From assembly GCA_038087875.1 (NCBI GenBank), contig CM075988.1:310001-374000 (forward strand): a DNA stretch of 64,000 bases. Reading direction: 5' to 3'. The position numbers were made by a program, and so were the translations under genes. The DNA comes from Malacoraja senta. Taxonomy: Eukaryota. Each line of letters begins with the position of its first letter. The first letter of the stretch is position 1. The notes under the pieces were generated by a model. It was not told the origin of the DNA and searched no databases. It saw only the letters and a program-made list of their open reading frames with translations. This document shows positions 24,178 to 36,383 of this stretch, in pieces.

Positions 24178-26984
24178 AGAGTCTTTAAGGGTATAGCTAA
24201 GAAACCGCAAGGGTAAAATAAGCCTGATGGGAGTGATTTACAGGCCCCATACAGTAGCCAGGATGTAGGGTACAAATTACATCAGGAGATATAATCAGCA
24301 TGTAAGAAAGGTAATGTAATGGTGGTCATGAGGGATTTTGATATGCAGGTAGACTTGGTAAATCAGATTGGTACTGAACCCCAAAGAGGCAAAATTGTAG
24401 TGCCTACAAGGGTTTCTTAGAGCAGCTACCAGGCAAAAAGCAATTCTGGATTTAGTGTTGTGCAATGAACTGGATTTGATTAGGGTGGTAAAGGTAAAGG
24501 ACCCACTGGTGACCAATATATGATAAGATTCAATCTGAAATTTGATAGGGGGAAGATGAAAATGGATGTGTCGGTATTACAGCTGAGGGGAGGTGACTAC
24601 AGAGGCATGAAGGAGTAGCTGGCTAAAGTTGATTGGAAAGGGACACTTCCAGCAATGATGGTGGAACAGCAATGTTAGGAACTTCTGGATCTTTCCATTT
24701 GAAAGAGGAAGAATGATTATAGGGGGAGAATGATGCAACCATGGCTGACAAGGGAAGTCAAAGATAGCATAAAACTAAAAGAAAAGGCATATAACATGGC
24801 AATGATTAGTGGGAAGCCAGAGGATTGGGTAATATAGAAAAATAGGTGCAGGCCATTCGGCCCTGCTTTTTCCCCATATCCCTTGATTACTTTTGCCCTG
24901 AGACCTAAATCTAACTCTCTCTTGAAAACATCCAGTGAATTGGCCTCCGCTGCCTTCTGTGGCAGAGAATTCCACAGATTCACAACTCTCTGGGTGAAAA
25001 CAAATTTCCTCATCTCAGTCCTAAATGGCCTACCATTTATTCTTTAACTGTGCCCCTGGGTCTGGACTCCCCCCAACATCAGGAACATTTTCCCTGTGTC
25101 TAGCCTGTCCATTCCCTTAAGAATTATATATGTCTCTATAAGATACCCTCTCATCCTTCTAAATTCCAGTAAATACAAGCCCAGTCGACCCATTGTTTCA
25201 TCAAATGTCAGTCCCGCCATCCCGGGAATTAACCTGATGAACCTACGCAGCACTCCCTCAATAGCAATAATGTCCTTCCTCAAATTTGGAGACCAAAATT
25301 GCACACAATACTGCAGATGCGGTCTCACCAGGGCCCTGTACAACTGCAGTAGGACCTCCTTGCTTCTAAACTCAAATCTTCTCTCAATGAAGGCAGTTAG
25401 ATATCTTCACTGCCTGCTGTACCTGCATGCTTATTTTCAGTGACTGATGTACAAGCATACCCAGGTCTCGTTGCACCCCTTTTCCTAATCTGACACCATT
25501 CAGATAATAATCTTTCCTGTTCTTGCCACCAAAGTGGATAACCTCACATTTATCCACATTATACTGCATCTGCCTACTCACCCAACCAATGTCATCCTGC
25601 AGCCTCATAGCATCCTCCTCACAGCTCACACTGCCACCCAGCTTTGTGTCAACCGCAAACTTGGATATGTCACGTTTAATTCCCTCCTCTAAATCGTTAA
25701 TATATACTGTAAATAACGGGTCCCAGCACCGAGCCTTGCAGCACCCCACTAGTCACTGCCTGCCATTCTGAAAAGGGCCCGTTAATTCCTACTCTTTGCT
25801 TCCTGTCTGCCAATCAGTTCTCTATCCATATCAATATCTTACCCCCAATACCATGTGCTCTAATTTTGCACACTAATCTCTTGTGTAGGACCTTGTTAAA
25901 GGCGTTTTGAAAGTCCAAATACACCACATGCACTGGCTCTCCCTTATCCATTCTACTTGGAACATCCTCAAAAAATTCCAGATTAGTCAAGCATGATTTC
26001 CCTTTATAAATCCATGCTGACTTTGACCGATCCTGTCACTGCTTTCCCAATGTGCTACTATAACATCTTTAACAGTCGACTAAAGCATCTTCCCCATTAC
26101 CGATGTAAAGCTAACTGTTCTATAATTCCCCATTTTACTTCGGAGTCACGTGAGTGACTACATGAAGAATCCCGTACAGCCGCACGTGCGTCATTACGTC
26201 AGACGCATTGGTGCAGGCGGCCGGTTGGAGCAGCAGAGCTCGTCCTGCGCGGTAAGTTTAAACTTCAGGTAAGGTTGTATTTCTTACCTGTTTTGTTTCC
26301 TTGCAGGAACCTCTTGTTGCAGGGGTTTTCCTGCCGGATGCTTCGCGAGGGCCGACGAGGGAACCAGCTGTGGGCTGTGGGGAAACCCCGGTTCCGACCA
26401 CGGAAGCGGGTAGCTGTGGAATGTCGGCTTTCGTGAATTCAGTCAGTGACCCGGTAGTCAATGACTTCCAGGCGTTCCGCGTGCCGGGAGGGTTTCCCTC
26501 ATTTGGCAGATAGATGCTGGTGTTCCCGGGTGGGGACGTCGAGCAGCGGGTGCCGGGAGGGTTTCCCTCCAATATGAATATAGATGCTGGGGTTCCCGGG
26601 GTGGGGACAGCCAGAAGACCCGGTGTCGGGAGGGTTTTCCCTCCGATATGTTTAAAGATGCTGGGGTTCCCGTGGAGGGGAAATCCAGCAGTAATGCGGC
26701 TCCCAGACCGCAGGGGTCCCCAGGATATGGGGTTAAAAGGACGGGAACGGTCAGCCCTGGTGCCGGTAGGTTTTCCTCCAGTATACAGATAGACGCTGGG
26801 ATTCCCGGGGGAAAATGCAGCAGCAATGCGGTGCCCAGACCGCAGTGGTCTCCAAGATATGGGGTAAACCGACCAAAATGGTCAGCCCTGGGGCCGATAA
26901 TAAGAATAAATTTGCAGGTTGGCCAGGAGGGAGCCTTAATGGAGAGGAGGCTCCATCTAGATACACTCCAACAGCAGGAGTTGG

Positions 26985-27400
26985 GTCAGCACCAGCAGCG
27001 CCTTGGACAGGGCTGCTTTATGGGGATACCGAGTCTGCGGCAGTGTTGGGCATATGGGAGAGCCTGCGCCAGCAGCGCCTTGGACAGGGCTGCTTTATGG
27101 GGATGCCGAGTCTATGGCAGTGCCGGCCTATGGGAGAGGCCGCGCCAGCAGCGCCTTGTAACAGGGCTGCTTAATGGGGATGCCATATCTATGGCAATGC
27201 CGGCCTATGGGAGAGGCCGCGCCAGCAGCGCCTTGTAATAGGGCTGCTTAATGTATGGCAACAGCACCTGTAGAAGGGCTGCATAATGTCTCCCTCAATG
27301 GAGGAGGTGAGCTTACCGGGGCAGTTTTGATCTGACCCTGAAGGGTGGGCCTATTGGAGAGGCCACGCCAGCAGCGCCTTGTAACAGGGCTGCTTAATGT
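26985..27400 (+). repeat. 76-77-bp tandem minisatellite inside the DIRS
   Basis: cagcagcgccttg..acagggctgctt at 26993, 27070, 27146 and 27223, with another copy near 27369. Confidence 0.8.
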
Positions 27401-27859
27401 CTCCCTTATGGAGGAGAACATGCCGGGTCAGTGTAAATCTGACGCCGAGTCTGAGGGTTTAGCCGTGGAGCATACCCAAGGGATAAAGGGCACGTGTCAG
27501 AGGTACCATTCCTGGCAGCAAGGTTGCCATCGCAACACAATGCAGTGAACACCGCTGTCAGAGGACGTTAGAGCCAGCCGCCAAAGCTTCTATTCAGGTA
27601 AGACCTATTCAACAGCCAAAACCTGGAGGACGAAGCACAAGCTGTTGGACCAATTAAGGCCAACGACGTGCAAGGTTTCATAGTTTCGGTGACAACGCAT
27701 GGCCAGAGGGTCTACGCACTCTACCAGTTATACTCTACAACTAAGGGAACTTACAAGTTGGTAAGATTTACACTTGGTTGTACAATACACAAATGATTAA
27801 GACATTGTCATCTACTCAGAGGCATTTAACCATGTAAAACTGGACATTACTAGCATTCC

Positions 27860-28130
27860 AAGCAGGTTGGAATTGGGCCAGAATTGTGTTGAGGCAGGCT
27901 CAGTATTTTAGCCACGATTGCCTTCGAGACGGGCTCGGAAATATGGGCAGAATTGTTTTTCAAGGCAGGTTCAGAATTGTGGCAAGAATTGTCTTTTGAG
28001 TCAGGCTCAGAATTATGGCCAGACTGTTTTGGGACAGGTTAGAATTATCGGACAGACTGAGTATTGTGGCCAGGTTTGTCTTGCAAGACAGGCTCGGGAA
28101 TCGGGCCAGAGTTGCCGTTCAGGGCAGACA
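27860..28130 (+). repeat. Degenerate ~30-bp tandem repeat inside the DIRS
   Basis: Recurring caggctcagaattatggccag-like units. Confidence 0.6.
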
Positions 28131-31100
28131 TGAAATGATAGCAGGAGTGGCCTGTTCATTATGAAAGATGGCTGATTAACAACTGATTTCATAGGTTGTT
28201 TCCATTTACAGTGATCATCGGAGATATTTGGAGGCATTGCTATGATCAGCCAATATAACAATATGATGACAATAAATCATTCAAAGAGGACTAAGAGTTT
28301 AAAAACAAAACAAACAAAAAAACACTTGTTATGTATTGGCTGGATGATACTTTGATGCTGTATTTTGCTAAAATCCACTGTTTCAGTCTCAAACTATATT
28401 TGAGAAATTGGGCTCCTCTATCCAGTTAAAATTAAGTTGTTATCAAATGGACTAGTTGGTCATTGGAGTATGCCTTTGGCTATTAATTGGCCTGTGACTC
28501 CGCCCTGGGCAACAGATTGGAGTCTATAGAAACCTGGAACAGCCTTGTGGTTATAAAGCAGCTTTCTATTCATTAGACTAATTGGCAATGTAATAGATGT
28601 GATGCAGCTGTGCAAGTGGGAGAACTGACAGCATGCTTAATGGCAAACTATAAAGGGCCATGAAGGTCATTGATAACACACCTTTGCTATTCCCAGCTGA
28701 AGCTACTAAAGTCACTATGATGGACAAACAGTATTCAGCATTGCTTCAGTAGTTGATCAATAAATATGTAATTATATTGCAAAATTATGCTAATGGCGTA
28801 AGGTGGGAAATTGCGAATGTCATCTCTAGTTGGAGGTGAAGGAGATTTGCATGAGTTATTAACTCTGCAGTTATTGGTATCAACTATCTATAGACCCTAC
28901 AAGCATTTTATGGGTTAAAGAGTGATTGAGCAAATATGCATATCTGCATGCTCAACTTCATGTTGATACACTATGATGGTGGCATACGATAGTCACATGG
29001 GTGCAATCAAGTAAAAGAATCCTGTAATAGGTACATAATCTCATTTGCCACTGGAATATGATACAGTACACATCAATGACAACACAGAATGGGTTTTGGA
29101 CCACACCGTATTTATGAAATTCACAGGTTGCAAAAATGTGTGGCATAACAGTGGCGAAAGATACATTCTCGTTACAAGCAGGAGGAATGGTCTTTTATGT
29201 CTTCTTCCATTTTGCTTCATCAGTCAGGGCTTCAAATAAAGTAATCAAGAGCCCGCTTTAGGTTCCAGCTGTGTGATTGGCCTATGCAGTTTGATTCCCG
29301 ATTTGTCGGGAATAATAATAATGCAACCTTATATGGTTATTTTAAACGTAATTTGCTGGTTCAGCCTGTGGCTCGGGAAATCAGCCTTTGCATGATAAAA
29401 TCAATTTATGTTCTACAGATTCTCAATAGACTGCGTACAGCTTGGGTTGTCACCCCTATTCTTGTATGTATTAAGAGTGCTGGGATAGTACCAAAAAGCA
29501 GTATTTTGCTTCTTCAGATGGGAAGTGTTTGTTTAATGCTCATGTTACATTTAAAATGGTACAGATTTCGGAGCTCTTGGAGTTCATTTTAATGGTCTTT
29601 GACAATATTGAGTTATAGGGTCATTAACGGTGCCAAGGTGCTTTCCATCAGATTTGCTACAGCAAACGAGATCCATTTAGTTGAGTTCACCCCGGATATC
29701 GAGTTAGTAAAGGATATCCTTAACACAAGTTTCCCAGGGCAAGTACAATGCAGTATGGGAGGTTGACATTGTGTTAACACTATTTTCACCAGGGGGTTTC
29801 TAGCTACATTCTTAGCTTTGGCGGATCTCATTAGGTAGTTATCCTCCTGGCGCTGGTTTAGCGCAACAGGTCAGTCGCTACATAATTGCGACGGGACAGG
29901 ATGATTACATCTGTAAATAATATGTATAGTATTTTATGTTTATAATTTACTTAAGCAGAGCACAAGGGGTGTCAGGTCTCAAAATAGATTAAGGTGTATC
30001 CAGGGACCTTTAGTTATGTGAGGGCTCACATATACAACAATACGTAAAGGTCACCAAGAGCCTTCGAGGCTCTTAGTTAGCTATGATTGTTAGTTACAAA
30101 AAACTTTATAAGAACGTATCAGTTCAGACCATTTCCAGGTGATAAAACAGAGTTGAGTTATGCAGGAGTAGATACTGATTCCAGATCTCACTCTACCAGG
30201 GCTGCTACAACAGCAGCAGCAAAGGTTAATTATGTTTCGCTGGGCCACATCCTAACGGCTGAAGCATGGTCAAAAGAACGAATTTCCAAACATTTGATAA
30301 TAACCGTTGCCAGACCAGGGTGTTTCTCAATCTCATTTTACGTTCTGTTTATAGGTTCCATCCGGATGAGAGATGGGACTATTATGTTTACTTCGTTTAA
30401 CAGCATCAGCATGTTTTAAATCTATGTCATGACTGTATGCATTATGAATGTTTTCCCTCATTTGTCAATGAAGCAGTTGTGGTTGTGTAGACTTGTTTCT
30501 CGCGGCATGAAATCACAGAGCTTTGAAATCTTCACGTGGTCACTCACATGACTCCGAAGTAAAATAGTTAAATTAAACGAGAACTTACCAGTTTGAAGTT
30601 TGATCTTTATTTTATGAGGAGTTACGATGAGGTACTACGTGCCTTCCGCTCCCACCCTCATAAAGATCGAGCTGGTAGTTCTAGTCTTCTCTCGTCTTAC
30701 TATTATACTTCAGTCACTATTATCTGTGATTTCACACCGCTGCTTTGAAGATTGACGCACGTGCGGCTGTACGGGATTCTTCACGTAGTCCCTCATCGTA
30801 ACTCCTCATAAAATAAAGATCAAACTTCAAACTGGTAAGTTCTCGTTTAATCTTACTATTTTCTCTCTCCCTCCTTTCTTAAAAAGTGGACTTACATTGG
30901 CTACCCTCCAGTCCACAGGAACTAATTCAGAGTCGAGAGAACATTGGAAAATGACCACCAATGCATCCACGATTTCTTGGGCCACCTCCATGAGTACTCT
31001 GGGATGCAGACCATCAGGCCCTGGGGATTTTTCTGCCTTTTGTCCCAACAGTTTACCAAACACCATTTCCTGACTAATGTGGATTCCCTTCAGTTCCTCC

Positions 31101-31187
31101 CTACCACTAGATCCTCGGTATAGTATTTTTCGGATACATTTTTTGTGTATCTTGTTTAGTGAAGACAGAACCAAAGTACTCGTTTAA

Positions 31188-31496
31188 AGGCCCTGTCCCA
31201 CTTTCCCGAGTTACTCACAAACTCTCCCGAGTTTTCTCCTTGATTTGAACTCGGAGAATTACGGTAATAGCCGTTCGTAGGTACTCCGGGCTATTTTTTT
31301 CAACTCGTGGTCATTTTGTAACGTTGGAAAAAATGTCCCGACTTACCTGATGCCCCGAGTTCCTATGGCTGGCATTATGAGCCACTACAAAACATCTACG
31401 GACTCGCTACTGACATTACCCAACATTCCCCGGGTTCGAATCAAGGGGAAAACTCGGGAGAGTTTGTGAGTAACTAGGGAAAGTGGGACAGGGTCT
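31188..31496. mobile_element. PIF/Harbinger (Tourist-like) MITE
   Basis: TIRs of about 70 bp (aggccctgtcccactttcccgagttactc... / ...gagtaactagggaaagtgggacagggtct). Flanked by taa and aaa, a probable TAA TSD with one change, inside the CR1. Confidence 0.8.
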
Positions 31497-32407
31497 AAAC
31501 TGTCTGCCATTTCCTTGTTTCCCATTATAAATTCACCTGTCTCTGATTGTAAGGGACCTACATTTATCTTCACTAATCTTTTTCCTTTTTACACATCTAG
31601 AGAGCTTGTAGAGTCAGTTTTTATATTCCCCTCAAGCTTTCTTTCATGGTCTTTTTACCCTCCTCTTAATTAACCTCTTTGTCTTCCTCTGTTGAGTTCT
31701 AAATTTATCCCAGTCTACCGGTTTGCTGCTTCCTCTGGCCAATTTATATGCCTTTTCCTTGGATTCCTTGAATTCACACAATCCTTGAATTCCCTCGTTA
31801 GCCGCGGTTGAGGCGTCTTCCCCATTTTATTTTTTCGCCAGATAGGGATGAACAATTTTTGGAGTTCATCCATGCGGTCTTTAAATCTTTGCCATTGCAT
31901 CTCCACCGTCAACCCTTTAAGTAAAATTTGCCAGTCTATCCTAGCCAATTCCCGTTTCATACCTTCAAAGTCTCACTTCTTTATGTTCAGGACCCTAGTC
32001 TCTGAATTAACCATGTCACTCTCCATCCTAATGTAGAATTCCACCATATAATGATCACTGTTGCCCAAGGGGCTCTGCACAACAACAACCCATGATAACT
32101 GCTGTACCTTTGCTACATGTATCCCTAATTTCCTGCTTGATGCTATACCCAAGCACCCGACTGCTGTTTGGTGGTCTGTATACAACTGCGATAAGCGTTT
32201 TCTGCCCTTGGCTATTTCGCAGTTCTACCCATACCGATTCTACAGCATCCAAGCTAATGTATCTGCTTGCTATTGCATTAATCTCCTCTTTAACCAGCAA
32301 TGCCACCCTTCCTTTCTGTCTATCCTTCCTGAATATTGAATACCCCTGAATGTTTAGCTCCTAGCCTTGGTCACCCTTGAACCATGTCTCTGTAAATCCA
32401 CCTATAT

Positions 32408-32500
32408 CTGAAGAAGGGTCTTGACCTGAAACATCGCCAATTCCTTCTCTCCATAGATGCTGCCTCACCCGCTGAGTTACTCCAGCGTTTTGTGTCTACC
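32408..32500 (+). mobile_element. Short hammerhead-core/Penelope-like insertion
   Basis: ctgaagaagggtcttgacctgaaac...gatgctgcctcacccgctgagttactccagc. Confidence 0.65.
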
Positions 32501-34194
32501 ATATCATATTCCTTAACTACTAACTGCATTCAATTCATCCACCTTATTACGAATGCCCCTCGCATTAACGCACAAAGCTTTCAGGTTTATTTTTCTTATC
32601 TCCCTTCTACCTTTTGCTTCTGTCCTCCTTTTATGGCACTCTGTCTCCTTGCATTGGTTCGCATCCCCCTGCCCTGTTAGATTAAACGTGACCTTTCCTA
32701 CACTCTCTTTCCCTTTAGCTGCATGGATACGCTTCCACGCTGTTGACTCCACCCCCCTTTTCAGTTTAAACCCACCCGTGTAACTCTAGCAAACCTGCCT
32801 GCTAGAATGGCAGTCCCCCTCCAATTAAGGTGCAATCTGTCCCTTTTGTTCAGGTCACCCCTTCCCCAGAAAAGATTCCAGTGATCTAGAAATCTAAATC
32901 CCTGCCCCATGCATTAACTCCTCAGCTACACATTCAGATCCCCTATCTCCCTGTTCCTACCCTCACTAGCACGAGGTACTGGAAGCAACCCAAAGATAAC
33001 CACCTTAGAAGTTCTGCCTTTCAGCCTTATGCCTAGTTCTCTATCCTCACGTTGCTGAACCTCCTTCCTCGTCTTACCCACGTCATTTGTGCCTACATGC
33101 ACAACTACTTTCGACTGCTCCCCTTCCCTCTCGAGGATGTCCTGAAGTCGGTCTGAGACATCTTGGATCATGGAACCAGGGAGGTAACACACAATTCTCG
33201 AGTCTCGCCTGTCACTACAGAATCTCCTGTCCGCACCTCGGACAATGGAGTCACCCATCACTATGGCTCTGTCTGACGTCGGTCTCGCTGGTCGAGTTTC
33301 AGCGCTAGGATTGGAGCCACCGACCTGTCCGCCGCTCGGACTGGAAGCGTCATCTGCCCCGACAGCTCCCAGGAGGGTGTACCTGTTTTCAAGAGGTAAT
33401 TCTACCAAGGTCTCCTGCACTCATTTTCTCTCCTTCCTTTCCGTCTCTAACCATTGCACCTCTTGTACTCTTGGGGTGATGACCTGACTGTAGGTCCTGT
33501 CCAGGAAGCTTTCATCTTCTGAATGGACCGCAGGTCATCCAGCTGCTGCTCCGGTTCCCTAACTCGGTCCCTGAGGAGTTGCAGCTGGACACAGTTTCCA
33601 CAGGTGTAGTGGTCAGTGACACCAACAATGCCCCTGACTTACCACATCCTGCAACAAACGCACTGCAACAACATTCCTGCCATCACTGTAATAAGTGTAA
33701 ATATTTAAATTAAATTTAACACACACAACCGATTAAATGTACCCTCCTTGCCGAAGAATCTTGAGCCAAAGACTCGCACTTTACCTCTCTAAGGCACCTC
33801 ACCTCTCCAAAGCCGCTCTGCTACACTTGAACTTAGTTTTATCCAATCAAGTCAACTATCCACTCAACTAATTAGGATGTCTCAGCGAATCCACTCACTC
33901 GCTGGTCTGGCTGCTGCTCCTCCATGACCTTCAAGGTAATTGGCCCAGGCTGTCTCATGGCGCTCTTTTACAAGCTCCCAAACTTTACTCACTTGCTGGG
34001 AGGCTTTTGAAAAAACAAGTAAAAAGGCAACATGGGGACAAAAGATGAAATATGAAGGATAATCTAGCAAAGAATATAAATGAGGATAGCAAGAGTTTCT
34101 TCAGATATATAAAGAGTAAGTAAAAGTCAAGAGTGGACTTTGGACTTCAAGAGTGTAGGGGGTTAAACTTAGTGGATTGGCTATCACTAAGAAG

Positions 34195-36200
34195 GTGCTT
34201 GAAGATAGTTATAGCAGTGCATATGGAAAGCAGTGACAGGATCGGTCAAAGTCAGCATGGATTTATGAAGGGGAAATCATGCTTGACTAATCTTCTAGAA
34301 TTTTTTGAGGATGTAACAAGGGAATGGATAAGGGAGAGCCAGTGGATGTGGTGTATCTGGACTTTCAAAAAGCCTTTAACAAGGTCCCACACAAGAGATT
34401 AGAGTGCAAAATTAGAGCACATGGTATTGGGGGTAAGTAATTGACTTGGATAGAGACTGCCTGCTTGGCAGACAGGAAGGAAAGAGTAGGAATTAACGGG
34501 TCTTTTTCAGAACGGCAGGCAGTGACTAGTGCCACAAGGCTCGCTGCTGAGAGTTATTTACAATATATATTAATGATTTTTTTTAAATTTAATTTTAAAA
34601 TAATTTTATTAGAAGCAGTGTCCAGTAGTATAAACCGAGGCATATGACAAAATACATTTATTGTACATCTTCCATTTTAATTTTGACAAAAATGAAATAG
34701 AAAAAGAGAGAAAGAGCAAGAAAGAAAGTGAAAGAGAGAGTGAATGTGTAAAAATAGAACCCCTAAACTACCAAAGAGTGTAGTCACAAAGTGAGCAAGT
34801 AAAAACTTAAAAAAATTAAAAGACAAAAACGAAAAATAATTTTTTTTAAAAGACAAAAACGTGTTTATATACCTGCTTCATTTCTCACCACACCCATCCG
34901 TAAATCGGTTTAATTCCAAAGTTGTGTTGCACCATACTATCCTTGTAATGAATCAATGAAAGGAGACCATATCTTTGAAAATTGCTCTGATTTTCCTGCT
35001 AAGACGAGTCTCATATCTTCAAGATGTAGCGTCTCAGACATGCTTGTGATCCACATTTTAAGAGTTGGGGTAGATGCATTTTTCCAAAATTTAAGTATGT
35101 TTTTTCACCATTATCAGGCCATAGTTAAGGAAACGTCTTTGAAATATTGATATCTCAGAGCAGGCTCCTGCTATTCCGAAAATAATCAATTCTGTATGGG
35201 GGGTCCAGTTTTGTTTTTAATAATTTTGAGAAAATTTCAAAGATTCCTTTCCAAGATTAATGATTTAGACAAGGGAATTAAACGTGACATCTCCAAGTTT
35301 GCAGATGACACAAAGCTGGGTGGCAGAATGAGTTGCGATGACGATGCTATTAGGCTACTTGGATAGGTTGGGTGAGTGGGCAGATGCATGGCAGATGCAG
35401 TATAATGTGGATACATGTGAGGTTATCCACTTTGGTGGCAAGAACAGAAAGGCAGAATATTATCTGAATGTTGTCAGATCAGGAAAAGGGGAGGTGCAAC
35501 TAGACCTGGGTGTGCTTGTACATCAGTCACTGAAAGTAAGCATGCAATTACAGCAGGCAATGAAGAAATCTAATGGCATGTTGGCCTTCATTGCAAGAGG
35601 ATTTGAGTTTGGGAGCGTGGCGGTCCTACAGCAGTTGTACAGGGCCCTGGTGAGACCGCACCTGGAGTATTGCGTGCAATTCTGGTCTCCTAATTTGAGG
35701 AAGGACATTATTGCTATTGAGGGAGTGAAGCGCAGTTCACCAGGTTAATTCCCAGAATGGCGGGACTGACATATGATGAAAGAATGGGTCGACTGGCCTT
35801 GTATTCACTGGAATTTAGAAGAATGAGAGGGGATCTCAGAGAAACATATTAAATTCTTAAAGCATTGGACCGACTAGAAGCAGGGAAAATGTTCTCGATG
35901 TTGGGGGAGTCCAGAACCACGGGTCACAGTTTAAGCACAAGGGGTAAGCCATTTAGGACTGAGATGAGGAAAAACTTTTTCACCCAGTTGTGAATCTGTG
36001 GATTTCTCTGCCTCAGAAGGCAGTGGAGGCCAATTCTCTGGATGCTTTCAATAGAGAGTTAGATACTCTTAAAGATAGCGGAGTCAAGGGATATGGGGAG
36101 AAGGCAGGAACGGGGTACTGATTGTGGATGATTAGCCATGATCACAGTGAGTGTAGCCTCGAAGGGCCGAATGACCTATTCCTGCACCCATGTTTCTATG
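34195..36200 (+). mobile_element. CR1 ORF2 3' part, degenerate, interrupted by L1
   Basis: ORFs 34133..34402 and 35338..35748 (HLEYCVQFWSP); 3' UTR at about 36120-36200. Confidence 0.85.
34580..35255 (-). mobile_element. L1-clade LINE 3' fragment with 11-bp TSD
   Basis: TSD attaatgattt at 34569-34579 and 35256-35266. The minus strand encodes KMWITSMSETLHLEDMRLVLAGKSEQFSKIWSPF, resembling an L1 ORF2 C-terminus, followed by AATAAA and an A-rich tail. Confidence 0.72.
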
Positions 36201-36383
36201 TTTGGGAAGTTGAAAGTTTTGAAGGTGGATAAATCACCTGGACCAGATGGACTGCACCCTGAGATTCTGAAAGAGGTGGCTTTGGAGATTGTGGTGGGAT
36301 TAGTAGTGATCTTAGAAAAATCACTAGAGTTGGGAGTGTTTCCAGATGATTGTAAAATTGCAAATATTACTCCGCTGTTAAAG

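Larger units (their letters stand above)
23305..24830 (+). mobile_element. Older CR1 (ORF1 end and endonuclease), continuing at about 33998-34150
   Basis: Degenerate homology to 37200-38450. It breaks at gaggattggg and resumes at gggaggctttt (33998). Confidence 0.7.
26133..30862 (+). mobile_element. DIRS-type tyrosine-recombinase retrotransposon, structurally complete, coding regions decayed
   Basis: ITRs at 26156-26193 and 30753-30790. ICR at 30530-30641 is complementary to both termini. YR remnant AGVDT..SHSTRAATTAAA..LGHILTAEAWS in ORF 30087..30419. Inserted at ATTTT within a CR1. Confidence 0.88.
24831..33990 (-). mobile_element. Near full-length degenerate CR1 LINE (ORF1 zinc finger + SGNH esterase, ORF2) hosting DIRS, MITE and short insertions
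   Basis: ORF 32926..33420 (IVMGDSIVRG, VVHVGTND), 32055..32306 (YRPPN), 30827..31174, 25384..25749 and 25044..25343. The 3' UTR lies at about 24835-24870. Confidence 0.85.
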
